Program-made: the position numbers and the translations under genes
From: Candidatus Woesearchaeota archaeon B3_Woes
GTDB lineage: Archaea; Nanobdellota; Nanobdellia; Woesearchaeales; B3-WOES
Assembly (NCBI GenBank): GCA_005222965.1
Contig: NJBG01000001.1
Span: 499,061-549,532, forward strand
DNA length: 50,472 bases
Direction: 5' to 3'
Part shown: one piece after another, positions 38,333 through 47,651 of the stretch
Layout: each line of letters starts with the position of its first letter
Position numbering within the stretch: position 1 is the stretch's first letter
Notes under the pieces: generated by a model
Told to the model about the DNA's origin: nothing
The model's input: only the letters and a program-made list of their open reading frames with translations
The model's database searches: none

Positions 38333-38784
38333 TTTTTATTTTTAGCCAAACCATGCTCCTCGATATATAGTTTAATATGCCTTCTACTTCTAAAAAATCC
38401 ACCTTGAGCTTTTTTATAAAGTTCTCTATAAATTTTTTGATCAACGATCTCTCCATCTTTCAAGTTTCTTAATAATTCTCTTTGAGTTCTTATCTTAATC
38501 ATCCATTTTTCTTTTTTAGGAAATCTTGCAGTTTTCTTACCTTTTCTAGATCCTTTACCACGCATCTGACCTTTACTCTTTTGTTTTTGGATTTTCCTAG
38601 CTCTAACTCTTGAAACTCCCCTTTTAGGAATACAATAGATAGCACTATCTTTTATCAAAGATTTAATATCAGCTTTAGTTATGCTTTCTTTTATCTCATC
38701 TAACCTTTCAGTATCAAACCTAACATGTTTTTCTGAACATCCAAAAACATCCGCGGCTAATCTTTTCTGAATTTTTAATTTCAT
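38329..38784 (-). CDS. rpl19e: Ribosomal protein eL19
   Basis: QKRLAA, GSRKGKKTAR, YKKAQGGFF. Confidence 0.97.
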   Translation of the reverse strand: MKLKIQKRLAADVFGCSEKHVRFDTERLDEIKESITKADIKSLIKDSAIYCIPKRGVSRVRARKIQKQKSKGQMRGKGSRKGKKTARFPKKEKWMIKIRTQRELLRNLKDGEIVDQKIYRELYKKAQGGFFRSRRHIKLYIEEHGLAKNKK

Positions 38785-39356
38785 ACTTCCCTCTTAGTCA
38801 ATAACTTATCCTTTTCTTTCTTCTCTTTTTTCTTATCTTCATCATCAACTTTGGCTTCGATACCGTCTTTTTTATCTTCGTCTTTACTCTTCTTTTCGGC
38901 AATTTTTTTGCTCTTTTCTTCCTGTTTCTTCTTTTTGCTCTCTTTTTGCTCTTTCAGATTTGTTTCTGAATCACTCAAAAATTTTGCAGGATCTTTTAAA
39001 GACATAATCTTTAAATTAAGTTTTAAACACTCTTTTACAATCTCTATTTTCTTTTTAATACCGAAATTTGATAAACAAACAACATCATCTTTATTTAATC
39101 CTTTAATATCATTCATATTTTTTATTAAAACTATATTTTGGCCATCTCTGCTCATTCCTCTTGCTTCTACAGGCCCCCTAAATCCAACCTTCACCTTTCT
39201 TGGATATCCCTTGCGCCCTATTTTTATCTTTGAATCAGATCCACGAGGTTTTCTCCATTTATTGGCCAGCCTTTTCTTTTTATGACTGCTTTGTTTATTA
39301 AAATCTGGTTTCTTTTTCTTCTTCATATTCCTTAAATTAACAATATTATCAACCAT
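38781..39356 (-). CDS. rpl32e: Ribosomal protein eL32 with charged C-terminal extension
   Basis: KPDF, KWRKPRGSDSK, VGFRGP; start taken at ATG 39356. Confidence 0.94.
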   Translation of the reverse strand: MVDNIVNLRNMKKKKKPDFNKQSSHKKKRLANKWRKPRGSDSKIKIGRKGYPRKVKVGFRGPVEARGMSRDGQNIVLIKNMNDIKGLNKDDVVCLSNFGIKKKIEIVKECLKLNLKIMSLKDPAKFLSDSETNLKEQKESKKKKQEEKSKKIAEKKSKDEDKKDGIEAKVDDEDKKKEKKEKDKLLTKREV

Positions 39357-39361
39357 CTTAA

Positions 39362-39907
39362 TCAAACCATCTTACCATCTTTTTCTGTAATATAAATACC
39401 ATCCTGGAAAATTCTTAAATCCTTGCCTTTTATTTTTGTTAAAATTTCAATATCAGCAGCAGTTTGTGCAGCAAGTTCTTTATCAATACCACTAATAGTT
39501 ACAATATCCCCTTCAATTTTTACATCAGCACCATCCTTTAAATTCAACTCTCTAGGTGTTTTTTCACCTAAAAAATTATTTACAATAAATTTATTCTCTT
39601 TCATTGTAACATTCATAGGAAAATGCCCTGAACAAATTTTTAATTTGTAAATATGACCTTCTGTAACACCCTTAAACATATTTTTTATATGCGCTTTAAA
39701 AGTCCCGCTCATTGTTTTTTCTCTTTTTGTTCCATTTTTAAAACTTATAACAACATTTTTGTCAACAACACTTAAACTTACTTTTTTATGTTTTAATTGT
39801 CTTGACAATTCCTTATCTTTATTTGAAACTGTAATAATACCCTCCTCTATCTTAACTTCTATTCCTTCTGGAATTTCAATTTTCCCTTCATATTCTTTTA
39901 TTTTCAT
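39362..39907 (-). CDS. rpl6: Ribosomal protein uL6
   Basis: HIKNMFKGV, HFPM, NFLGEK, DLRIFQDGIYI. Confidence 0.97.
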   Translation of the reverse strand: MKIKEYEGKIEIPEGIEVKIEEGIITVSNKDKELSRQLKHKKVSLSVVDKNVVISFKNGTKREKTMSGTFKAHIKNMFKGVTEGHIYKLKICSGHFPMNVTMKENKFIVNNFLGEKTPRELNLKDGADVKIEGDIVTISGIDKELAAQTAADIEILTKIKGKDLRIFQDGIYITEKDGKMV

Positions 39908-39913
39908 TCGAAC

Positions 39914-40303
39914 CTAATAACAATATGCTATTAATTTTCCACCAATCTTTTTCTTTCTCGCTTCTTCAATAGTCATAATTCCTTGATTTGTTGAAATAAT
40001 AATTATACCAAAACCCTTTGCAGGTAAAAATCTTTTCTCAAATTTTTCAAACATATCAATCTTTACAGCATGTCTAGGTTTAATAACACAACAATTATTT
40101 ATTTTGCCAATTAGATTTACTTTTAGAACATTCCCTCTATTATCTTTTATTTCTACATAATTACCAATATAAAGATTATCTTTCATAACTTCTAACACTT
40201 TTTTAACTACTTTTGAGCTAGGTTTTATCAAACATTCAGTCTTTTGTCTCTTTTCAGCATTCAATAATTTTGACAAAGTGTTTGCTAGTATATCATTTAA
40301 CAT
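39914..40303 (-). CDS. rps8: Ribosomal protein uS8
   Basis: IKPSSK, EKRFLPA, STNQG, GGKLIAY. Confidence 0.97.
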   Translation of the reverse strand: MLNDILANTLSKLLNAEKRQKTECLIKPSSKVVKKVLEVMKDNLYIGNYVEIKDNRGNVLKVNLIGKINNCCVIKPRHAVKIDMFEKFEKRFLPAKGFGIIIISTNQGIMTIEEARKKKIGGKLIAYCY

Positions 40304-40312
40304 TTTTTAACC

Positions 40313-40543
40313 TCAATTGAACTTTTTAAAACCAATATCGCTTGCGATTTCCCTAAAACATTGCCTACATAAATTAAGCCCATATTTACTTATATGCCCT
40401 CTAATCCTTCCACATCTCTTGCATCTTTTTAGACTAACTCCACAATTTCTTTTCTTTGGACTATTGTGCTTAATATATTTCTTAAGTTTCGCAGGCTTCG
40501 CTTTCAATTGTTTAAATTCCTTTTTATAATCACTATAACTCAT
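40313..40543 (-). CDS. rps14: Ribosomal protein uS14 (Zn-binding)
   Basis: CKRCG...[13 protein letters not shown]. Confidence 0.96.
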   Translation of the reverse strand: MSYSDYKKEFKQLKAKPAKLKKYIKHNSPKKRNCGVSLKRCKRCGRIRGHISKYGLNLCRQCFREIASDIGFKKFN

Positions 40544-41055
40544 TCTTCTTCACCTACCTTGACATTGAATTCTTTTTTCATGAAATTAACCGCATCCTCT
40601 TTTGTTATACTGTGTTTTTTAGGTATCTTCTTTTTCGCTCTTTTTCTCTTTTTTATTCTAAATCCCGGCCTATCCAAAGTTAAACATGCCTCCAAACCCA
40701 TGATTCCAATTTCAGGATCATATTTAACATCAGGAATGTCAATATATTCTTCTAAACCAAAAGAAATATTACCAGAATCATTAAAACAACTCTCTTCTAA
40801 TATATCATCTTTTGCTTTTAACAATCTTATAAGCAATTCTTTTGCTTCTTTTTTCCTTAAAGTAATTTTACAACCAACAGCCAAACCAGGCCTTAATCCC
40901 CATTCTGGTATTCTTTTTTTAGTATGGGTTTTTACAGGTTCTACTCCTGCAATATGTTTCAAAAGTTTAACAGCCTTGTCCAATTTAGCTTGGTCTTTAC
41001 CACAACCTATATTTAATGTTAATTTCTCTATCCTTATATTTTGCATAACATTCAT
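40540..41055 (-). CDS. rpl5: Ribosomal protein uL5
   Basis: [31 protein letters not shown]. Confidence 0.97.
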   Translation of the reverse strand: MNVMQNIRIEKLTLNIGCGKDQAKLDKAVKLLKHIAGVEPVKTHTKKRIPEWGLRPGLAVGCKITLRKKEAKELLIRLLKAKDDILEESCFNDSGNISFGLEEYIDIPDVKYDPEIGIMGLEACLTLDRPGFRIKKRKRAKKKIPKKHSITKEDAVNFMKKEFNVKVGEEE

Positions 41056-41738
41056 TCTTCAACCTTAATAAGGGGCTTTTCTTTACCAATTGTAAAAGCA
41101 TATTTCTTTAATGTTTCAAAATCCCCTTCTTTAGTACTACATTTCATGACACTATTTTTTATCTCAACAACATTAGCTATCTTTCCAGTGTGTTTTCCAC
41201 CAATTAAAAAAACCAAAGAACCCCTATCAAGTTTTATAACATCTTTTATGTTTTGTTTTGGAAATTCTATTAATACACCATCTCCCACTTTACAATCTTT
41301 TTTATCTGTTAAGATGTTTCTTCCATCTGAAAGATTTATTTGTAAACCTTTATACATTCTTTTACCTTTTATTTTACAGATCTTTAATTTAGATTCCTTT
41401 TCATCAATTTTTATATAATCCAATTTTCCCTTTTTATTAAACACAACTCTAAAATATTCTTTTGTAGATGGAATAGAAATTGTATCCATAAAACCAACAA
41501 CAAATTTATCATCTCTTCTCCTGATTCCATCAATCAATACTTCATTATTATTCATAATATATTTTGCTTCTTTGTTAGTATTCGCAATCTTTAATACATC
41601 TCTTAGAAATACTGATAAAGCCACACCATACTTAAAACTATGAGGACCAGGAAGTGGTCTTTTAATATACTTTATTCCTTTCTTTTTAACATCCCATGTT
41701 TTTGGAATGTTTAATCTTTTCAAATGTTTTTTAGTCAT
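41052..41738 (-). CDS. rps4e: Ribosomal protein eS4
   Basis: HLKRL, PGPH, VGFMD, DGRN, GGKHTG; start taken at ATG 41738. Confidence 0.96.
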   Translation of the reverse strand: MTKKHLKRLNIPKTWDVKKKGIKYIKRPLPGPHSFKYGVALSVFLRDVLKIANTNKEAKYIMNNNEVLIDGIRRRDDKFVVGFMDTISIPSTKEYFRVVFNKKGKLDYIKIDEKESKLKICKIKGKRMYKGLQINLSDGRNILTDKKDCKVGDGVLIEFPKQNIKDVIKLDRGSLVFLIGGKHTGKIANVVEIKNSVMKCSTKEGDFETLKKYAFTIGKEKPLIKVEE

Positions 41739-42117
41739 TCTTTTTCCTCTCAAATATTTTCTTTCTCTTTTTATCTTCAATATCTAATTCAGTTATAATC
41801 AAGTTTGAAACAGTAATTGGATAGATAACTTTTGAACCGTCCTTTTTTATTAGTTCTACACCTGTGATTATTGCCTTGCCTTTTTTCAAATCAATTTTAT
41901 CTACTTTGCCGGTCTTTCCTTTGAATTGGCCTCTTAAAACTTTAACACTATCTCCTTTTTTCAAACCAACATTCCTTTTATTGTGTTTTTCTCTTAATTC
42001 TTTTGAAAGATGAACATGAACAAACTTCTGTCTTATATGGAGGGGAGCATTATACTGATACCTCCTTTGTTTTCTTGGCTGTTTGCTTTTTTTCAGTTTT
42101 GTTGAAAATTTTTTCAT
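41731..42117 (-). CDS. rpl24: Ribosomal protein uL24
   Basis: SKQPRKQR, NAPLH, KGDSVKVLRG KOW motif; start taken at ATG 42117. Confidence 0.96.
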   Translation of the reverse strand: MKKFSTKLKKSKQPRKQRRYQYNAPLHIRQKFVHVHLSKELREKHNKRNVGLKKGDSVKVLRGQFKGKTGKVDKIDLKKGKAIITGVELIKKDGSKVIYPITVSNLIITELDIEDKKRKKIFERKKND

Positions 42118-42127
42118 TTTAATTACC

Positions 42128-42529
42128 TTAAACAATTATCTTAGCTAATTTTGAAATTCCAGGCCACCTTTCACAAGCCTCTTTTGCAATAGCACCTTTA
42201 AACAAAGTGCCTTTTGGATTGCCTTTGTCATCTTTCAAAACAACAGCAGCATTGTCCTCGAACTTTATTCTTGTTCCATCCGGTCTTCTGTACTCTTTCC
42301 GTTGTCTCACAATAACTGCAAAAACAACCTGTTTTCTTATATCAGGTCTTCCTTTGACTACAGAAGCCAGACATATATCGCCTATTCCTGCAGCAGGAGA
42401 TCTCCCTTTTCTTGTTTTCAAACCCTTTACTGAAAATATCCTTATAACTTTAGCACCTGAATTATCACAAGTTTCAACTAAACTTCCAACATTCAATCCT
42501 CTAGTTACTCTAGCACTAATCGCCTTCAT
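42128..42529 (-). CDS. rpl14: Ribosomal protein uL14
   Basis: DNSGAK, RQRKEYRRPDG, FEDNAAV. Confidence 0.98.
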   Translation of the reverse strand: MKAISARVTRGLNVGSLVETCDNSGAKVIRIFSVKGLKTRKGRSPAAGIGDICLASVVKGRPDIRKQVVFAVIVRQRKEYRRPDGTRIKFEDNAAVVLKDDKGNPKGTLFKGAIAKEACERWPGISKLAKIIV

Positions 42530-42971
42530 TAGATATTTCCCCCTTAGCTTTTTCAGGAACCTTTTCTTCTATGTTTTTCTTTTTATGAACTTGTTTTGAT
42601 TCTTGTAATCCTTCTTCAATTTGTTCAAAACCAAATTGTTTTCCTAAATTTTCAATTATAACGAAATTCTTTGTTTTACTTAAAGGCCTGCACTCCATTA
42701 TATTTACATTATCCCCTTGTTTTGCGTCTATACAAGGCGGATTATGTGCATGTATTTTGGTCTTCTTCTTCTCAAATCTCTCGTATTTTGGAATTTTTAT
42801 ACGTCTACCCCATTCAACAGTCGCACTTCTATGAACATCTCTTGCAACAACTATTCCTGTAAAGATTTTACCCCTAAGGCTTATATCGCCATGAAATGGA
42901 CATTTCTTATCATTACATTCCTTACTAGGTAATTTTACTTTTACACCTATGTCTCTTGCTTTTTTTACCAT
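42516..42971 (-). CDS. rps17: Ribosomal protein uS17
   Basis: CPFHG, KYERFEK, AHNPPC, ECRPLSKTK. Confidence 0.97.
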   Translation of the reverse strand: MVKKARDIGVKVKLPSKECNDKKCPFHGDISLRGKIFTGIVVARDVHRSATVEWGRRIKIPKYERFEKKKTKIHAHNPPCIDAKQGDNVNIMECRPLSKTKNFVIIENLGKQFGFEQIEEGLQESKQVHKKKNIEEKVPEKAKGEISNEGD

Positions 42972-43007
42972 TTTTTCTTTCCTTTAACTTTAAGATACAA
43001 ACAATTG

Positions 43008-43325
43008 TTAGTATCTTTTTTTGATTTCGATTGTGTTTGATGCAAATCCCATTTGAATTAAAAATTCTTTAACCTTTTTTGTGTGTTCTCCTTGTAACTC
43101 AATTTTCCCTTTTTTCACTGTGCCTCCACAAGCGAATTTTGACTTTAGTTGTTTTGTCAAATCCTTAAGGTCTATCTCTTTGTTATCAATACCATCTATT
43201 GTTGTTTCTAATTTGCCAAATTTTCTTTTTTCTATGCCAATAACAATTGTTTGGCTTTCTTTGGCTATTGTTTCACAAACACAAAGGTCTTTAGGTAATC
43301 CACATCGTGAACAAATTTCACTCAT
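43008..43325 (-). CDS. sui1: Translation initiation factor aIF1 (SUI1)
   Basis: CSRCGLPKDLCVC, LKSKFACGGT, IELQGEH; start taken at ATG 43325. Confidence 0.96.
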   Translation of the reverse strand: MSEICSRCGLPKDLCVCETIAKESQTIVIGIEKRKFGKLETTIDGIDNKEIDLKDLTKQLKSKFACGGTVKKGKIELQGEHTKKVKEFLIQMGFASNTIEIKKRY

Positions 43326-43533
43326 TAGTTTTTTCACCCTCCTTATTATTCAATAATTGAATTATTCTTGCTATTGTTTTTTTCATTTGTTTTATCTGAC
43401 CAGGGCTTTTTGGAGTTGTTCCAACAGCTATCTGGGCATTTTCTTTAATTAATTCTTTTCTAAGCTCCAAAAGCTTAGCGTTTAAATCTCCTTTATTCAT
43501 ATTCTTCAATTCTTTTTTATTTATAATTGCCAT
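43318..43533 (-). CDS. rpl29: Ribosomal protein uL29
   Basis: LRKEL, PGQIKQMKKTIARI. Confidence 0.95.
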   Translation of the reverse strand: MAIINKKELKNMNKGDLNAKLLELRKELIKENAQIAVGTTPKSPGQIKQMKKTIARIIQLLNNKEGEKTNE

Positions 43534-43535
43534 AT

Positions 43536-44792
43536 TTAATTTTTACCTTCTTCGATTTTTACTAAATCAACGTCAGCAGCAATACCTTTAATAGCCTCAA
43601 TTGCTAATTCAAAAAAATCATTTAATTCTAATCCTAACTTTTCACACTCTTTTATTATATCCCTATTGATGGAAGCCACAAAAGCCTTATCCTTAAATTT
43701 CTTTTTCAATCCCTTAACTTCCATCCCTTCCATCGATCCCCTCATCAAAGCATAAGCATGGATTAAACCAGTAATTGTTTCAGAACACGCAAGAGCATGT
43801 TCAACCTTTTTAGTCCTTTTTTTATCTTTTAACTCTGCACAATCAAACCCATAACCATGTGAAATAATAGTATTAATAAAATCGTCACTAAATCCTGCTT
43901 CTTTTAAAATTTCAGGGGCTTTAGTTAAATGCTCTTTAGTATTATTTTTTGTTAAACCCCAGTCAACATCATGCAATAAACCAAGCATACCCCATTCTTC
44001 TTCATTTTTCTCTAATTTTTTAGCCAAAGCCTTCATAATAGCTTCACTCTCAAGATAGTGATTAAGGTCTGATTTTTCCTTGTTATGCTTTTTCAAAAGT
44101 TTTAGCGCAGCATCTCGTGTTAATGGAAGACCAGATTTAGATTCTTTTTCCTCTTTCTTTTCTTCGTCTTTTACTTCAGGTTCTTTTGCTTCCTCCTCTC
44201 CTTCAAACGTAATCTTATCAGGCAATTCAATATCAGGAGGCATAATCCTAACCTGAATACCAATCACACCTTTCTTAAGATTAGCAGTTTTATAAGCAGT
44301 TCTTATACCTGTTATTGAAATGTCTCCACATTTTTTCAGATAACCTTCATAAAATCTCCATCTTTTTGCTCTTGAACCAGGAATCTTTCCTGATATTATA
44401 ATTTCAACACCTAAAGCACCGGCAGCCATAACATTCTCTATTGTCTTATGACCTACTCCTTTGAATTTAGAAGACCCAAACCTTTCCAAAGATGTTGCAA
44501 TTCTTTCTGCAACAATATTAGCATCAAGATTTATATCTTCAACCTCATTTATCTCTATTTGGGGATTTTCCAATCCAAAATCTTCTTTCAATAATCTTGT
44601 TAACTTTCTTATATTCTCTCCTCCTCTCCCTACAACCAATCCGGGTCTAGACGCAAAAACAATTATTTTCTCACCAAGAGGGGTTTTTTGAAGTTTTATA
44701 TGACTTTGACCAACATCACCTAACAAATTACCTACATACTCTTGAATTTGAAATTCTTTCAATCTTTCAGCGACAAATTTTCTTTCAATCAT
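43536..44792 (-). CDS. rps3: Ribosomal protein uS3 fused to C-terminal HD-domain hydrolase
   Basis: KH domain (RPGLVVGRGG), GVEIIISGK, GIQVRIMPP; acidic/Lys linker; then TRDAA...NH...GLLHDVD...EH...SHG...KKKFKDKAF HD module. Confidence 0.93.
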   Translation of the reverse strand: MIERKFVAERLKEFQIQEYVGNLLGDVGQSHIKLQKTPLGEKIIVFASRPGLVVGRGGENIRKLTRLLKEDFGLENPQIEINEVEDINLDANIVAERIATSLERFGSSKFKGVGHKTIENVMAAGALGVEIIISGKIPGSRAKRWRFYEGYLKKCGDISITGIRTAYKTANLKKGVIGIQVRIMPPDIELPDKITFEGEEEAKEPEVKDEEKKEEKESKSGLPLTRDAALKLLKKHNKEKSDLNHYLESEAIMKALAKKLEKNEEEWGMLGLLHDVDWGLTKNNTKEHLTKAPEILKEAGFSDDFINTIISHGYGFDCAELKDKKRTKKVEHALACSETITGLIHAYALMRGSMEGMEVKGLKKKFKDKAFVASINRDIIKECEKLGLELNDFFELAIEAIKGIAADVDLVKIEEGKN

Positions 44793-45303
44793 TTTTCTTT
44801 TTACCTTCTTCTACTTTTTTATTATCTTCTTTTTTTATTTCAATTTTAGGTTTTTCTTCAGAAGGTTTTCTCTTTTCCTGAGTTTTTTCAACCAATATAA
44901 TATCCATATTAGTTCTTTTCATCTTCCTTCTTCTTTGTCTCCCATAATGCCAAGTATTGCTTCCTTGGTTAGCATTGATATGCCCTATAATCAAATTTGC
45001 AGTATTTAATGCCTTAAACTGAGCATTTGCTTCAGCAGATTTTAATAAGCTTAAAATCTCTGTTGAAGCCTTTAAAGGATATCTTCCAGGGCCCATACCT
45101 TTTTTGTGCCCCACTCCTTTATTGAATCGAGTAAATGGAACAACTTTTTCCTTTTTAATGACTCCTTCTAAAAAAGTTTTCATTTTCTGAACGTTTTTGC
45201 CCCTAATATAATTACTAATTTCAATAGCATGCCTTGTTGAAATAGGTAAAGCTCTTCCAACCGTTCTTGCCATTGTTTCCTTGTTATATTCTTTTACAAT
45301 CAT
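44785..45303 (-). CDS. rpl22: Ribosomal protein uL22
   Basis: VPFTRF, GRYPLKAS, SAEANA. Confidence 0.96.
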   Translation of the reverse strand: MIVKEYNKETMARTVGRALPISTRHAIEISNYIRGKNVQKMKTFLEGVIKKEKVVPFTRFNKGVGHKKGMGPGRYPLKASTEILSLLKSAEANAQFKALNTANLIIGHINANQGSNTWHYGRQRRRKMKRTNMDIILVEKTQEKRKPSEEKPKIEIKKEDNKKVEEGKKKND

Positions 45304-45680
45304 TTTACTGATATATTAGAGCTTGATTTAGTAGCACCCACTCCTGGTGCACTATGACTAATATTTTTTCTTGTTAAAACAAAATCTCCTAACCTAAACC
45401 CAATCATTTCTGGTTCAATCATAACCATGACAAACTCCTTTCCACTATGAACTCTTACTTTTTTACCTATTATTTCTGGTAATATTATTAAGTCCCTGCA
45501 ATGGGTTTTAACATTATCCTTTTTCTTTAATTCTTCCATCAATTTTTTTTCCTGTTCTGTAAATCCCCTTTTTAAACTTCTCCTCTCTCTAGCAGGTAAT
45601 AATTTGATAAATTCCTTTAGTTCCATACCCTTTAACTCTTCCAATGATTTTCCCCTATATGCAAATTCTTTTTTTACCAT
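45300..45680 (-). CDS. rps19: Ribosomal protein uS19
   Basis: YRGK, KTHCRD, PEMIG, PGVGATKSS. Confidence 0.97.
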   Translation of the reverse strand: MVKKEFAYRGKSLEELKGMELKEFIKLLPARERRSLKRGFTEQEKKLMEELKKKDNVKTHCRDLIILPEIIGKKVRVHSGKEFVMVMIEPEMIGFRLGDFVLTRKNISHSAPGVGATKSSSNISVK

Positions 45681-45682
45681 TT

Positions 45683-46396
45683 TTACCTCTTCTTACCTGT
45701 TTTTCTAGGAGCCAAACTTCCTACCTTCCTTCCAGGAGGAGCGTGTCTTGATGATTGAAGCGGCATTTTATTCCTATTGCTTGAACTTCCACCAAATGGA
45801 TGATCTACAGCATTCATTGAGTTTCCAGACACAGAAGGCCACAATTTGTTTCTTGCCCTCTTTGCCATATATACCTTTCCTGCTTTTACAAAAGGCTTTT
45901 CTTTTCTTCCAGCACCAGCTATTACTCCAATATTAGCTCTACAATCTGAACAAAACTTCTTTTCTTTTTTTGATGGTAATATAATTGTAACGTTTTTACC
46001 TGTTCTTGTTAATAATCTTCCAAAAGTACCAGATGTTCTACAGAATTTTCCACCATCTCCTGGTTGGGATTCTATATTATATATTAAAGTACCTTCTGGA
46101 ATATTCTTTAATTTAACAACATCTCCTTGCCCAATATTCTCTTTATTCCCTGCTGTTATCTTGTCTCCTACTTTTATTCCTTCTGGAGCAAAAATTAAAC
46201 TATCTTCACCATTATCATATTTTACTTTAGCAATAGGAGCATAATGTCCAGCACAATTTACAATATCTATAACATTTCCTTCTACTCTATCTTTTGAATT
46301 TTTCAAGTGAATAACTCTACCTACATACCTCTTTGATCTCGCTTTATATCTTGCAGATCCTTTTCCACGTCTTTGCTGAATTAATGGTTTTCCCAT
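45683..46396 (-). CDS. rpl2: Ribosomal protein uL2
   Basis: QRRGKG, PGDGGK, MNAVDHPFGG, PPGRKVG. Confidence 0.98.
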   Translation of the reverse strand: MGKPLIQQRRGKGSARYKARSKRYVGRVIHLKNSKDRVEGNVIDIVNCAGHYAPIAKVKYDNGEDSLIFAPEGIKVGDKITAGNKENIGQGDVVKLKNIPEGTLIYNIESQPGDGGKFCRTSGTFGRLLTRTGKNVTIILPSKKEKKFCSDCRANIGVIAGAGRKEKPFVKAGKVYMAKRARNKLWPSVSGNSMNAVDHPFGGSSSNRNKMPLQSSRHAPPGRKVGSLAPRKTGKKR

Positions 46397-46458
46397 AAAC
46401 TTTTAAGAAAAGTTTAATCAAAACTTAGGTGACATTCCTCGTTTCGCTCGGAAGTCAC
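46396..46458. repeat. REP-like palindromic element in the rpl23-rpl2 spacer
   Basis: TAAACTTTT/AAAAGTTTA (46396-46416) and GTGAC-A-TTCC...GGAAGTCAC (46429-46458) with GAGCGAAACGA loop on the minus strand. Confidence 0.6.
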
Positions 46459-46508
46459 ATCAACTTTTCCACATCCTCCTTGAACTTTTATAATCATCTT
46501 ACTTAAAA

Positions 46509-46811
46509 TTACATTAACCCCATATTAGTTGCTATATCAATAGCAGGTGTTTCGTTTGAAAATTTAACATAAGCTCTTTTATATCCATCCTGTGTAATAA
46601 GAGTATTAATCTTTATAACTTTAGCTTTGAAGATATCTTCAATGGCCTTTTTTATATCATGTTTGTTTGCTTTTTTATCAACAACAAAAATTAATTTATT
46701 TTCTGATTCCATCAATCTTAATGATTTTTCAGTTGATAAAGGATGTTTAATAATACCATAACTGTCTTTCTCGATTTTCTTCTCTTTCCCTTTTTTAACT
46801 TCTTTTTTCAT
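46509..46811 (-). CDS. rpl23: Ribosomal protein uL23
   Basis: PLSTEK, ENKLIFVVD, KRAYVK. Confidence 0.97.
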   Translation of the reverse strand: MKKEVKKGKEKKIEKDSYGIIKHPLSTEKSLRLMESENKLIFVVDKKANKHDIKKAIEDIFKAKVIKINTLITQDGYKRAYVKFSNETPAIDIATNMGLM

Positions 46812-47608
46812 ATGAATAACTTCTTTTCTCCTAATTCTTTGATTGATGATTCTGTAAACAAAGTTAATCTTCCAGGCATTGCTCCAGGAGCCAGTAACTC
46901 ACAATTTATATTATTTATTTTTACTATTTCAACTCCTAAAATATTAACAGCAGATTTTAATAATTTACAATCTTTACCAACAATAATTAAAGGTCCTTTT
47001 TTAACTCTATACTTCCTTCCTCTTAATTTACCTTTGCCAGATCTAATGGTTTTTTTTGAAGTTCTCCCTAATTCTTCTTTAAATCCTAATGTTTCTAAAA
47101 CCTTTTTAACATCTTTTGTCTTATCTATCTTTTCTATATCATTATTCACAATAAAAGGATACGCACCAGGTATGATGTGTCCTCTTACTTCTACTAACTT
47201 TTTGTCTAACGAAGCAGATAAAGCGCATCTTAATGCCTTTTTTCTTTCTTTTGTATTGATAGATTTTGTAAAAATTTTATCTGATTTAGGAGGATGTGCT
47301 CTTCTCCCACCAACAGTTCCAGGAGCAATTGCTCCAATCCAATTCATTCTGGTACCTCTTCTTGATACAATCTTTCTTGGAACACGGCTTATACCGTGGC
47401 CATAACTGGTTCTGTAATCATGTCTTCTTTTCGATATTCTTCCAGAAGCCCTCATTCCTGCTCCTTCTTTAGCACCATATGGCTGTCTTTTATTAGCTTG
47501 AATAACTTCAACAGCCCTTTTTATCAAATCTTTTCTAACTGTTTCTTTGAACTGCGAAGGTAAATCAATATTTCCTTTCTCTTTCCCTTGAATATCTAAT
47601 ATTATCAT
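46808..47608 (-). CDS. rpl4: Ribosomal protein uL4
   Basis: RQPYG, SRVPR, VGGRRAHPP, LAPGAMPGRLT. Confidence 0.97.
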   Translation of the reverse strand: MIILDIQGKEKGNIDLPSQFKETVRKDLIKRAVEVIQANKRQPYGAKEGAGMRASGRISKRRHDYRTSYGHGISRVPRKIVSRRGTRMNWIGAIAPGTVGGRRAHPPKSDKIFTKSINTKERKKALRCALSASLDKKLVEVRGHIIPGAYPFIVNNDIEKIDKTKDVKKVLETLGFKEELGRTSKKTIRSGKGKLRGRKYRVKKGPLIIVGKDCKLLKSAVNILGVEIVKINNINCELLAPGAMPGRLTLFTESSIKELGEKKLFI

Positions 47609-47651
47609 TGGTTTAATCTCCGATTAACACCTTGAAAAAATTTTATTTTTT

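Noticed and set aside
31829..45303. Lys/Glu-rich tails on eL14, eL32, uS5, uS17 and uL22 as extra domains
   Set aside because: Low-complexity charged extensions without motifs, unlike the folded HD domain on uS3.
46414..46497. 27-aa minus-strand ORF (MIIKVQGGCGKVDVTSERNEECHLSFD) in the rpl23-rpl2 spacer
   Set aside because: No SD, no recognisable family, and it runs through the palindrome; cannot be supported without ribosome profiling.
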